NCBI RefSeq assembly: GCF_006345805.1
Contig: NC_042998.1
Coordinates: forward strand, 58,280,001-58,344,000
Reading direction: 5' to 3'
Length of the DNA: 64,000 nt
From: Octopus sinensis
Taxonomy: Eukaryota
Shown piece after piece: positions 1-12,112 of this stretch. The notes under the pieces were generated by a model. It had not been told where the DNA came from and did not search any database. It saw only the letters and a program-made list of their open reading frames with translations. The position numbers and the translations under genes are program-made. How positions within the stretch are numbered: the stretch's first letter is position 1; the number at the start of each line of letters is the position of its first letter.

Positions 1-318
1 ATGTGTGTATGTCTGTGTACGTCCGTATGCATGTACGTATGTATATATGTGTACTACGTCTGTATCTATGTATGTATGTACATACGTATATATCTATGTA
101 TGTATGTACGTACGTACGTACGTACATACATACGTACGTACGTATGTATGTATATATGTATGTGTGTATGTATATGTACATAGGTATGCATGTATGTATT
201 TATGTTTGTATGTATGTATGTATGTATGTATGTATGTATGTATGTATGTATGTATGTATGTGTACGTACGTATGCATGTATGTATGTATGTATGTATGTA
301 TGCACATACGTACATACA
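1..318. repeat. Compound (TATG)n/(TACG)n/(TACA)n microsatellite
   Basis: Directly visible tetranucleotide repeats. The ORFs called here (MYVC.../HTYI...) are repeat translations. Confidence 0.95.
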
Positions 319-1104
319 TCTATATACATAAATGTGTAACGGTATCTGTGTGTGTATGTGTTTGGGGTTACACGAACTCATCCCGCACGGTCCAACCAAT
401 TTTAATGATTTTGGCACACAGGTAGATCACATGCCCTGAAGTTCAAATAAGACCGGAAATTTTCGAAAACTCCATAATGCTCAGTTAGCATCGATTTTTG
501 TGAGCTCAATCGGGCGTTTGAATAGAAATTCCCATAGCGATGTTATTCTTCCTGCACCTTTTGCATTTTTTGTCCGATTTTGATGTAAATTGAGGAGCGA
601 GCGTGGCTCATGTCAGTGAGTTGATATCAGTATATAGCGTTGACAAAAAATCGATAATTGCGCCTGAGCAGTGGTTTTATAAAATCAATAGGCTTTTTGT
701 GAGCAAATACCAATAGGGATTTTATTTTTGGCCGTAACTTTTATATTTTCATGTAAATTGTCACATGGATTCTATATATATAGCATAACCTTCACACTTT
801 TCTCTGGATTTTCCTGAGATTGGAGAGGCTGATCAATTTTGTAAAGAGGGTGGCGTCAAGGGGGGGGGGGCGAAATAAACAAACATGACTCTCAACGGGT
901 CGAGGTACACCCAAAAGTTTGACTGAGATTTCAGATGGCCCAGTATGTAGGAGTATGTCGAAAGTGTTAACCGGGTAAAATTCCTGCCGAACCAGATATA
1001 AAATCTTAATGCTTAATAGTTGTCACGGGAAACGTAGAAGATTTCAATACAAGGTCAGAGGTGGGCTTAACTTCAACACGAGCAACGCTGGTTTCAACAG
1101 CTAG
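319..1104 (+). mobile_element. Non-autonomous Helitron (family 1), 786 bp
   Basis: 5' end A^TCTATATACATAAA followed by a TCTGTGTG tract. 3' end GAGCAACGCTGG hairpin-like motif then CTAG^T (1101-1105). No TSD: removing the element restores a continuous (TACA)n at an A^T site. Confidence 0.85.
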
Positions 1105-1123
1105 TACATACATACGTACGTAC

Positions 1124-1154
<31 letters not shown>

Positions 1155-1262
1155 TGTATGTATGTATGTACGTACGTATGTATGTATGTATGTACGTTTG
1201 TATGTATGTGTGTATGTATGTATGCATGTATGTATGTATGCATGCATGTGTCTGTGTGCGTG
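1105..1262. repeat. (TACA)n/(TATG)n microsatellite, right half of the Helitron target
   Basis: Directly visible. Confidence 0.9.
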
Positions 1263-1904
1263 CACAATCGTCCTCACTGCTTGTATTCATTTAATCATGA
1301 TCATAGTACACAGATATAACAGTAGTAACAAATTGTATATTATAATACGATTTTTTCCTATAGCGGAGAACATATTGAGATAAAGTTTGCCGATTTCTCG
1401 TTTCATGAATAATGTACTGAATATTACAGTCCAACTCTATGAACAGCCTTCGGCAACTAAATCGATACTAGAAAGAGAATACACACAACGATAAAACAAC
1501 ATGATATCCATTCATTCAGAGAGAGAGAAAGAGGGGGAGAGAGAGAAAGAGGGGGAGAGAGAGAAAGAGTGAGAGGGAGAGAGAGAGAGAGACCACTTGG
1601 AAGTTGTAACAACTTCCTGGTTAGTAAGTCGAAATTGTAGCAGAAGTTCGAATCTCAATGGGACCGTTTCTGTTTAATTATTGATCGGATTTGCGCCAAT
1701 ATTAGGCCGAAGACATTAAATCGGAAAGAGATGGCTTGATTTACCTACCAAATACTTAATCAAGACGATATTTTAGGGAATTTCCTCCGAGTGTGTGTAC
1801 ATGCGCGCGTGTGTGTGCATGCGTATGTGTGCGTGAGCGCGTGCGTGTGAGCGTGTGTGTATGTGTGCGTGCATGTATGTGTGTGTGTATCGTAAAGAGA
1901 TTAT

Positions 1905-2278
1905 GTATACTCTTTACTCTTCTACTTGTTTCAGTCATGTAATTGTGACCATGCTGGAGCACCGCCTTTAGTCGAGCAAATCGACCCCATGACTTATTCT
2001 TAGTAAGCTTAGTACTTATTCTATCGCTAAGTTACGGGGACGTAAACACACCAGCATCGGTTGGGGGGGGGGGACAAACACAGACACACAAACATATACA
2101 CACACATGCATATATATTTATACTTATATACGACGGGCTTCTTTCAGTTTCCAAATCCACTCACAAGGCTTCGGTCGGGCCGAGACCATAGTAGAAGACA
2201 CTTGTCCAAGATGCTACGCATCTGAACCCGGAACCATGTGGTTCGTAAGCAAGCTACTTACCACACAGCCACTCCTAC
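1905..2278 (-). mobile_element. tRNA-derived CORE-type SINE (family B, octopus OR-like)
   Basis: On the minus strand: A-box-like GGCTGTGTGGTAAG, B-box-like GGTTCAG, CORE-like CTTGGACAAGTG, an internal TG/TA microsatellite and a GACTGAAACAAGTA tail. Matches other copies in the window. Confidence 0.85.
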
Positions 2279-2289
2279 GCATATAAATA

Positions 2290-2327
<38 letters not shown>

Positions 2328-2942
2328 TATATATATATATATTATGTGAATTTCTATATGTCAAATGTATGTGTGCGCTCGTATGTGCGCTTGCATGACA
2401 TGCGTAACAGTGAAAACAAGACGTTATGCATTCAGTTGTTAGCTAAAGTAAAAATCCTACTTATTGAATTGTGCAGCTAGCTGAGAATTCCATAGACATT
2501 GGTAACGTTAACGAAACCGTCAAGCAGAATATGCGTGACACAGTGGGACAAGGTTGTTTTTTTTTAAATTACGGTTACATCCATTCGGAGGGCGGGGTGC
2601 CAACATATCTTTAAAATATTCCAATCATTTCAATCATAAGGCTTGAGTCAACCCGAAGCAGGGGCGAAATGCACATGCTGAAGATACCACGCAGGGCTTC
2701 AAACCAAGCCCCACATGGCTACGATAAAAATTTCTTAACCTAGCTGCCATGTTTTCACATTTCTATGGATGCACACGCACACACCTACACACACATACAC
2801 ACGCACACATAAACAAACACACACACGAACCTATTATACACCTACGTGCATATACAGAGAAAGGAAAATGACACCTGAAGAGTCAGTTCATAAATTATTT
2901 AACTTATTTAACTATGACATCTCACACATGTTTCAATAAAGA

Positions 2943-3313
2943 TAATCCTTTCTACTGTAGGCACAAAGGCCTGAAAAGTTGGGGGATGAGAATACTCGAT
3001 TACATCTACCCAGTGTGTCACTAGTACTTAATTTATGGACCCCGAACGGATGAAAGGTTAAGTCGACGTCGGCGGAATTAGAGCTCAGAAAGTGCTGACT
3101 GATGAAATATCTATTTCTTTACTACTCACAAGGGGCCAAACAAGGACAGACAAACGGATTAAGTCGATTAAATCGACCCCAGTGCGTAACTGGTACTTAT
3201 TTAATCGACCCCGAAAATATGAAAGGCAAAGTCGACCTCGGCGGAATTTGAACTCACAACGTAGCGGCAGACGAAATTCCGTTAAGCATTTTGCCCGGTG
3301 TGCTAACGATTCT
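2943..3313 (-). mobile_element. tRNA-derived SINE (family A, octopus OK-like), dimer
   Basis: Head AGAATCGTTAGCAC, B box GTTCAAATTCC, body CTTTCAT..TTCGGGGTCGAT..AAGTACCAG. A long-tail unit is joined to a second, more diverged short-tail unit at 3104-3117. Confidence 0.85.
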
Positions 3314-3904
3314 TCTGATAATGACCACATTATGGGCTAAGCAGGTATTCTAGAGCTTCACTTTGTCAATAATTGACACCAAATCATTCGGCATGAATTT
3401 CTGACAAAGAAAATGCCTATAAAAATTTCCTGGCTTGGATTGCATAATGGTGTCGTTATCTTCAATGAAGTACGTGTAAGATTACGTATTTAAATAATTT
3501 ATGAACCGATTCTACAGTTCTGTTTCGTCCTCTATATGTGCTCTGTGATATTTCTACCTATGAAGTCCAGTGACAGGATATTCGGTTTATAATTCAAAAA
3601 TACTCATCAACTTCAAAACACTGCTTATGTGCTATAAAATTAAAGTCTAAATCACACAATATAGTATTATATATATATATGTGAGTGTGTGTTTGTGGTA
3701 CGTCTGTGTGTGTTCAACGTGAGCTAAGGTGCACGATATAAACCTAGTATTTAAAATTCTATATATGGCTTTATGCACCGAGAGAGAGAGAGAATTGCGT
3801 AAAGAGGCTGAAACTGTTAAACTTTACTCCTACAGATCTCCGTAGCAAGAAAGATCACAGAGTATACATACTAGTAAATAATTTCAGAACCAACAACAGT
3901 TTTG

Positions 3905-3909
3905 TTCGA

Positions 3910-3946
<37 letters not shown>

Positions 3947-4176
3947 ATATATATTATATATATATATATGCATATATATACGTGTGTGTGTGAACAATAT
4001 ATACCTATGAAGAGAGCAAAAAATAATAATAATCATATATGCGTGTATCTACATCCATATATACAAATGCATATATATATATATATATATATGCACATGC
4101 ATATGTTTATATATATACATATATATAGTAGAAATATGTTACAAAAGAAAATATAAAATATAAAATATAAATATAT

Positions 4177-4267
<91 letters not shown>

Positions 4268-4329
4268 TGTATGTATGTATATATATGTATATATGTGTAT
4301 CTATATAAATATATATATACATATATATA

Positions 4330-4362
<33 letters not shown>

Positions 4363-4580
4363 ATATATGTATATATGTGTATCTATATAAATATATATAT
4401 ACATATATATATTTATATTTATATAGATAGATAAATACATATATAATATACAAAAAATATATATTTGAATCACATTTATACATACATATATGTGTATACG
4501 CATGTATGTGTGTGTGTGTGTGCATGTATCTGTATATGTATCTATACATGTATGTGTTATTGTGAATGTGTATGTACTGT
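3905..4580. repeat. Long compound (TA)n/(TATG)n/(TG)n microsatellite
   Basis: Directly visible, including a duplicated internal block at about 4240-4400. Confidence 0.95.
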
Positions 4581-5116
4581 ACAGTTTGTTTGTGAACAAA
4601 ACTCTTCTAAGCATAAACAGAAAAACCTAAACAAACTGAACGTGAAAAATGTTTAAAGAAATGAATAATTCCAATTTCTGAAAAAAACAAAAAAACATTA
4701 AGCAAAACTTAAAAGATATAATATTAATCTTTCTTTTTTTATTTCTGTCTTAAGCACATTACTAATTCAACTACGAAAATCTCTATACTATATAACCTAA
4801 AGACATAAAAACCATCGCCTCATATTTTTTACAACCTTTAATCGGTGAAATAAATCCACCTAAATTCTAAGGAGTTTATTATACTGCAAGGAAAACAATT
4901 ACCCACATACATACACGTGCAGACTCATAGATGTAGATGTAAGTGCGCGTCTATGTGTATGCTTATATATGTGCGTATATATATATTTCTATATGCATAT
5001 AGATATATATCATCTAATGTAATACGTAATATAAAACGTACGTGTGCACACATACAAGTATAACCTTCTTATCCTTACAATTGCACTTATAGATGATCAT
5101 GTGATCCGAGCATAAA

Positions 5117-5151
5117 ATGATGATGATGATAGTAATAATAATAATAATATA

Positions 5152-5186
<35 letters not shown>

Positions 5187-5196
5187 AATAATAATG

Positions 5197-5285
<89 letters not shown>

Positions 5286-5430
5286 AAGAAGAAGAAGAAG
5301 AGAAGAAGAAGAAGAGAGAAGAAGAAGAAGAAGAAGAGAAGAAGAAGAAGAAGAAGAAGAAGAAGAAGGAGGAGGAGGAGGAGGGGGAGGAGAAGAAGAA
5401 GAAGAAGAAGAAGAAGAAGAAGAAGAAGAG
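5117..5430. repeat. Compound (ATG)n-(ATA)n-(AAG)n-(GAG)n trinucleotide microsatellite
   Basis: Directly visible. It explains the poly-I/R/E/L/F/Y ORFs. Confidence 0.95.
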
Positions 5431-5822
5431 TTTCAAATTTTGTCACAAGGGTTGAAATTTTGGAGGAGGGTATAAATCGATTACATCGACCCCAGTGTTC
5501 AACTAATACTTATTTTATGGACCCCAAAAGGATGGAAGGCAAAGTCGACCTCGGCGGAATTTGAACTCGGAACGTAGCGACAGGCGAAATACCTATTTCT
5601 TTACTACCCACAAGGAGCTAAACACAGAGAGGACAAACAAGGACAGACAAACGGATCAAGTCAATTATATCGACCCCAGTGCGTAACTAGTACTTAATTT
5701 ATCGACCCCAAAAGAATGAAAGGCAAAGCCGACCTCAGTGGAATTTGAACTTAGAATGTACCGGCAGACGAAATACCACTAAGCATCTCGACCGGCGTGC
5801 TAACAATTCTGCCAGCTCACCA
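5431..5822 (-). mobile_element. Family A SINE dimer
   Basis: Full head at about 5822, long tail, junction at 5586-5599, then a second unit with a short tail that runs into the (AAG)n tract. Confidence 0.88.
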
Positions 5823-5880
5823 AATAATAATGATTTCAAATTTTCACATAAGGCCAGCAATTTTAGGGCAGGGATAAGTC

Positions 5881-6158
5881 TCTCTTTGCCGAAACACTAA
5901 TTTACATAGATGCAAACACACCAACACCGGTTGTCAAGTGGTTGTAGAGGGATAATCATAGGTACAGAAACACACACACACATATATATGTATATATCAC
6001 GACGGGATTCTTTCAGTTTCCGCCTACCAAATCTACTCACAAGTCTTTGGTCGGCCCCAGGCTATAGTAGAAGACACTTGCCCAAGGTGCCACGCAGTTA
6101 GACTGAACCCGGGACCGTGTGGTTGGTAAGCAAGCTTCTTACCGCACAGCCACGCCTG
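5881..6158 (-). mobile_element. Family B SINE, 3'-truncated
   Basis: Head GGCTGTGCGGTAAG and CORE-like GGCACCTTGGGCAAGTGTCTTC on the minus strand. Confidence 0.85.
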
Positions 6159-7602
6159 ATATTATATATATCAGGCGCGCGCGCGTGTGTGCTTGTGCAT
6201 TTGTACGTCTATATTATTTCTTCATTGAGCCCCATTCCTAATGGTGTTTGTACTTGAGCCGTCGTGACTCAATGCGTGACGTGGTGCAAGCGATTTCACG
6301 TAGTTCGTGACAGCCAATTGTTTTGACCGACGGCAATAAAGGTTTCATTTCAACTTTTTACACGAGTAAATTTATGACAGTTTTGAAAGATTCAGTATTT
6401 GAAGCCAGTTAAGTCACATATATTTCGCTTGGCTTTCGGATTGCACTATCTTCCAACGAACTCAATACAATTAATACACAAAGATTTGTTCTCAGCTTTG
6501 CTCTGACGCAGAAATTGCCTTACGTCTAAATAAGAAATCAATTTATGTGAAACGGATTCTAAGGGATTAAGCAACACAATTCTAATCAAATGCTCCCCAT
6601 GGCACCCCAGGCTTCACAATTTGGCAATTTAATAGCAAGCCATCATCTCGATGATTGCATTATTTTCATCCCGTATTGAACATTTATTAAACTATAATGT
6701 CAGAATGTTTTTTATTGTCTCCAATGGTACGTTTAGCATTTTACCGAGTAATTAGACTAAGAAAGATTCTCTTTCAGATCCGGTTCTTTAAAGGACATTC
6801 TTTGAAAGAAGTAGTTAATAAAATCTGTTTCCGTTCAATCTAATTATTGACATTTTATCTACAAACGAAGTAAATTAAAGAGAATTGTAATCAATCTATA
6901 CGTCCGTCCACCAACATAATAGCTGGTCTATTTTATTGTTCCATTAAGATCATATTTACGTTGAATACAGTTTTTTTTTAAAGGAACTTCTCTTCGATTA
7001 CTTAAATAAAACCATGAAATAACTTCATTTATGAAGAAATGTGGAGAGGGAAGTGATGTAATAAAGTATCACTTAAGGATTCGCTTACGCTAGAATTTGA
7101 GTTCAGAGTAACTGAACGAGCCATGCTTATGTTGTGAAACAAGGGACAATGCTTGTTGTCTCGCCGCATCTTGTAAATAAAAATGAACCTTAGTACGGTA
7201 CTAGTTTGCAGTTATGCGGATTCCGTTGGACGAAATGTGCACTATTGATCATTAACTTGCCTATCACAAGATTTCTCACAAAAAAGCATAACTCTTTCAT
7301 TAGCGTATTTGTGTTGAAATGCACTAACTCTGTATCTAATTCTTGTTAAAATAAAAATTTAGTTAAATAATCCTGACATTACTAAGCTGGAGTTTGGAAC
7401 ATAGATTTGTATCAAATTTTGATAAAAGGTTTAATTTTTGCGATATCTCAAGAGAATTATGCCAAAAATAAACTCATGCACTAGTTCAATTTCCCCTTAT
7501 TTTTGATTTGTTAACTGTGCGCATATATATATATATATATAAGTTGTGTATGTGTCTTGTTTGTTTCCCACGGCTTCAAAACCAGTATCCGTTTGTTTAC
7601 GT

Positions 7603-7650
<48 letters not shown>

Positions 7651-7722
7651 GCATATATATATACATGCATGTACATATATCATGCATATATATATGCATG
7701 TATATATATACATATATATATA

Positions 7723-7769
<47 letters not shown>

Positions 7770-7819
7770 TATATATATTCATATATATGTACAAACACAC
7801 AAATATATATGTATGTTTG

Positions 7820-7858
<39 letters not shown>

Positions 7859-7860
<2 letters not shown>

Positions 7861-8682
7861 AAAAGAGGATGCCCTGAAACTCCCATACTCCCTTCCTTCA
7901 GGTGAAACTCTCGCGGCGTCGAACAACATCAGAGACTTGGGAGTAATTGTGGACAACAACATAAGCTGGGCCACTCATATAAACACCAAAGTTGACATGG
8001 CCCGCAGAATGTGTTCCTGGATTCTCAGAACTTTCCAGTCAAGAGATATCCACACCATTATCCTTCTCTTCTCCACTTTTGCCCGACCCCACCTTGAATA
8101 CTGTTGTCCACTGTGGTCTCCCCACACAATACAAGGTATCATAAAAGTTGAAGCACCTCAAAGGGCAATAACAAAAAAGATAGATGGCATGACAGGCCTC
8201 GACTATTGGGGTCGACTAGAAAAGCTAAAACTCTATTCTCTCCAACGTCGTCGTGAGCGCTACATCATCTGCATGATGTGGAAAATATTCCATCAGCATT
8301 GCCCAAATGATGTTGGCATCACCTTTAAGGTACATCCAAGGCTTGGGCCCCGTGCCATCCGCCCAAAACAAAAATCGCACTCTCATCTCATAACAACAAT
8401 ACGGCACAATTATTTCACCTCAATTGGCCCCGCTCTCTTTAACATTACACCAAAACACATTAAAACAGAAACTGACCCTATAGGGTTCAAGAAGTCTTTG
8501 GACAGATTCCTTCAAGAAATCCCGGATAAACCCCCTACACCCGGATATGTCTCTGTAACAATAACTCTCTACTTGAGTGGGCCATAGTGCCCAAATTCTG
8601 ACTTGAAAGACTTCACCAGGTGGTGCTATTAAGTTAGACATGGCCTGGGCCAATAATGGCCGAAACCTATCAAAGTATCAAA

Positions 8683-8685
<3 letters not shown>
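7859..8685 (+). mobile_element. 5'-truncated CR1-group LINE (post-RT ORF2 C-terminus plus 3' UTR), young-looking, inserted in (TA)n
   Basis: The ORF carries [21 protein letters not shown] and [10 protein letters not shown], typical of the CR1/L2-group ORF2 C-terminus. A probable 1-bp frameshift near 8556 restores [14 protein letters not shown] (stop 8599-8601). The tail is (ATCAAAGT)2. The N-terminal part of the called ORF 7508-8587 is microsatellite. Confidence 0.9.
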
Positions 8686-8751
<66 letters not shown>

Positions 8752-9345
8752 CATATGTGTGTGTGTGTGTGTGTAACAAGGATGCCATGGTATTAGTGTA
8801 TTAAGGCCGTTTCAACACACACACACATACACACACATACACAAACACAGAAAGAGAATTACGGAACTGTATACATAAAATAAGAATAGCCCATTACACG
8901 TGTCACAGTAGATTGGTTAGATTACTGGTTTAAACAACATTAGCCACACTTTCAAATAGATTATTAAGATTTATCTATATCTATAGATCTAGGGTGACTA
9001 AGTAAAATCTAGTTCAGCCAGTAAACATTGAACAGAACACAATATCTGTTTGTTTATTTTATAGTGTTATAAATCAAAGTATTTAATCAAATACACACCC
9101 TCAAACATCTGATGAATTATTGACAATGTGTACAAGTACAATTCCCTTGATATGTGTACATTAACAATAAGAATTGATTTGAAAGACAAAGGCCAATACA
9201 TGTTAAGTACATGTGAAGTATGGATGAAATCAGACATGTAGTCATCATCGTATATCATTATTTAGAGATGCGGATGTATGCATATACACAAGCACACACA
9301 CGCCTATATCTTTGTCACTTTACTTTTACTCACAGCAACACATGC

Positions 9346-9404
<59 letters not shown>

Positions 9405-9411
9405 CTTTTAT

Positions 9412-9824
9412 TTTTTACTTGTTTCAGTCATTGACTGTGGCCATGCTGGAGCACCGCCTTGTAAGCTTTAAGACCCCAGGATTTACCTTTTTAAGATCTT
9501 ATTCAATCGGTCTCTCTTGCCGAACCGCTAAAACGCGAGGACATAAACACACTAACACCGGTTACCAAGCAGTGGTGGAGCACAAACACAGGCGCAAGGA
9601 CACACAAACATAAATATATGCATATATATATATGCATGTGTGCTTGTGTGTCTGCGCTTGTACGACGAATTTCTTTGAGTTTCTTTCTACCAAATTCACT
9701 CACAAGTCTTTGGTCGACCCGAGGCTAGAGTAGAAGATATTTGCCTAAGGTGCAGCGCAGTGGGACTAAACTTGGAGCTACGTGGCTGGGAAGCAAGTTC
9801 TTGACCACACAGTCATTCCTGCGT
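9412..9824 (-). mobile_element. Family B SINE, full length, diverged
   Basis: Tail TTACTTGTTTCAGTCA...CATGCTGGAGCACCGCC on the plus strand, and head at about 9820. Confidence 0.85.
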
Positions 9825-10360
9825 CTATTATATATATATATATTGTGTGAGTGTGTAGATTAAAAGGGTGGCTTAGTAGCAATCATAACCTAAAGGTAAA
9901 ATTAATAGTAGTCACGAAAGTAACAGAGGGTACTGACTAGCACTGCCTAGGCTACAATAAGAGTTAAATAAACTCCAAGGCCTCTAAAGCACTATACTTA
10001 ATGACTGACAAAGGGAGGTAAGTCCCTAGCTTATATAGCTGTATCACGATCTCGAATTTTGGTGTAGACACCTTAAGTCTCATCACCGGTTCTTAACGCC
10101 TAGGATTAAACTCAACTTCCTTTCTCGGTCTTATGAGAAAAGCTGTTGAAAACATGTACTGATTTTCAAAACAGTGAAAGTGTAAACAACAAATTCAAAG
10201 GGTAGCTTATTAACAATAAGAACCTAAAGGCAAAATTAATAGAGGTCACAAAAATCAGTCATTAAGTAGAGTACTTTAGTGGATTTGGAGTTAATCTAAC
10301 TCTTATTTTAACATAAGCGGTGCTAATGAATACCCACCGTCACTTTTGTGACCTCTGTTA

Positions 10361-10412
<52 letters not shown>

Positions 10413-10451
10413 TTAATAAAATGGGAGACTGAATGTGTAATAGACTTTATT

Positions 10452-10498
10452 GGATACAACACATATTTCGACCTGTTGTGAGTCTCTTCAGGTACACC
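10452..10498 (-). ncRNA. Minimal type I hammerhead ribozyme motif (Penelope-like), partly decayed
   Basis: Minus strand reads TTGGTGTAC-CTGAAGA-GAC(TCACAACAG)GTC-GAAA-TATGTG-TT-GTATCCAA. It has the conserved core, a 3-bp stem II, a stem I with one bulge and a GUU cleavage triplet. Stem III is near-palindromic (two C>T changes from AACACGTGTT). Confidence 0.65.
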
Positions 10499-10699
10499 AA
10501 TAAAAAGCCTCACTAGAGATATCTTGAGTGAGTTTAGGTATCGCTATATATATATATATATATTATATATATATATAGGAGAGTATTGTAGTTCATTTGA
10601 AGCAGCATAGTGTGCTGCTTGTAAAGAATAAAGAGCTTTGAATGGTACGACAATGCACTATGATACAAACAATGGGCTATATACCTATTGTAATTTAGT

Positions 10700-11173
10700 C
10701 ATCTATTGTCTGATAATAATGTTCTAAGGAATTCTAAGTAAATCTTGCAGCAAATAGGCTTCTCTGGAGGTCGTTTGATGGAGTGGTCACCTTGTCCTCC
10801 TGACTTAAATCCGATCGAGAATCTGTGGAGCACTAGAGTAACTAGAGTCTGTGCCACCGGAGGCAACCCTTCCGTCTGCCCGGATCCCACAAAGAACACA
10901 TGTTGCTCACACCAATAGCCTAAAACAGCATGAAAAGTGCCGCTCGGAGCAGCCCGCCCCTACTGTACCCCCACCCCACCCCTAACTGCGCTAGTGCTGA
11001 AGAGGCGCGTTTACCAAAATAGAAGGTAGTTTTCAAATAAAATTACCTTCTGGGATGCTATTGTATACGCTGCTCAAAGTATGACACAAGAAGATATCAT
11101 CACCTTGGCAAATTCAATGGATCAGCGCGTAAGGAAGGTTATTGTATGTAGAGGATCATACAACAAACATTAG
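10700..11173 (+). pseudogene. Tc1/mariner transposase C-terminal remnant, split by a 162-bp insertion
   Basis: MEWSPCPPDLNPIENLWS (the Tc1 SPDLNPIE motif) resumes after the insertion as MLKRRVYQN...SMDQRVRKVIVCRGSYNKH* (stop 11171-11173). Confidence 0.85.
10833..10994. mobile_element. 162-bp GC-rich insertion at an A^T site, CTAG at both ends, no TSD
   Basis: Removing 10833-10994 restores the in-frame Tc1 codons TGG AGC A^TG CTG AAG AGG. Confidence 0.7.
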
Positions 11174-11474
11174 GAGCTGTACGATATCATAATCCCATGA
11201 TTATTTTCTTTCAAACGTATTATTACCATTAAGTCCTTTATGAATAATTCTTTTGTTAAACCTTTACTGTTGAATTGAATAAATATTTCTTCCGACAAAA
11301 TTATCATTTTTATTATACGTGCCAAATAATTTGTGACGGTGAAAATGTTACATAATCACAAAAGTGGGCGCCATTTTTGGTATCTGCTCAGAACCGATTT
11401 ATTTTAACAGAATGCGCGCAGATAGGTGTTACCAACAGTCAGTGGGAAAACAACTGGTTTTGAACGAATATACG

Positions 11475-11935
11475 TTTATTTATTGAGAGAAGGTTGATTA
11501 GCCTGACAGTGTGGGACGCAGTGTATATCAATGAGTGCGCCCATCCACATGACTGATGGGCGGAAGCGGTAGCGGCAGACACAGCTATTATTCCTTTCCT
11601 CGTGTTGCAGTTGTTCAGTCTATTGTGGTCTTCTTCATCTAAAGGGATTTCATCGCTCTGTCTTCGTCTTTCTTCTTCACTGGCTTGTTTACCATCCACA
11701 CGGTACGCAAGGATGCCCAAAATATTGCAGTTTTCGCTACGGGATCATGATTCGTTCCACTCTTATCCTCTCCAGAAATGAATCGTCCCTTTTACAAGCC
11801 ACCCCAGCTGGTCCGTAGCTCCCGCTTATAACCAGAGATTTGGAACTTCTTCAGAAGTTTGATGTCAACCCCTTTAGGCTCCATTGCATACAGCGCAACT
11901 AGCCAGTCCAAGGTTTTTATAACTTTTCAATATGG
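11475..11935 (-). mobile_element. Decayed RTE-clade LINE 3' fragment
   Basis: Minus-strand frames give KTLDWLVALYA, YKRELRTSW, RKLQYFGH (11713-11736) and RVDGK, typical of the RTE ORF C-terminus. It ends in AATAAATAAA. Confidence 0.75.
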
Positions 11936-11946
11936 GGCCTTTGCTG

Positions 11947-12112
11947 AGGCGGCGAGCTGGCATAGCACTTGGCACGCTGGGCAAAATGTTTCGTCTGTCT
12001 TTACGTTCTGAGTTCAAATTCCGCCGAGGCTGACTTTGCCTTTTGTCTTTTTGGAGGTCTTTTTTATCGATTTGTCTCTACCCTGAAATTGCTGGCCTAT
12101 TGCTAAAATTTA
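11947..12112 (+). mobile_element. Family A SINE, internally deleted
   Basis: GGCGGCGAGCTGGC head and GTTCTGAGTTCAAATTCCGCCGAGG. Confidence 0.8.

Noticed and set aside
1-425. ORFs rich in [12 protein letters not shown], here and at 1006-1383, 3902-4656, 7508-7858, 30847-31103, 60923-61222 and 62158-62531
   Set aside because: They are stop-free translations of (TATG)n, (TA)n and (CA)n microsatellites, not genes.
2872-2940. CTGAAGA followed by a GTCA...TGAC stem
   Set aside because: GAAA is missing after stem II and there is no cleavage triplet or stem I.
3230-3315. tRNA-like A/B boxes (also in all SINE heads and at 1615-1672)
   Set aside because: There is no complete cloverleaf. These are SINE heads or decayed remnants, not tRNA genes.
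5014-5475. Poly-F/S/Y/L/I/R/E ORFs
   Set aside because: They are trinucleotide microsatellite translations.
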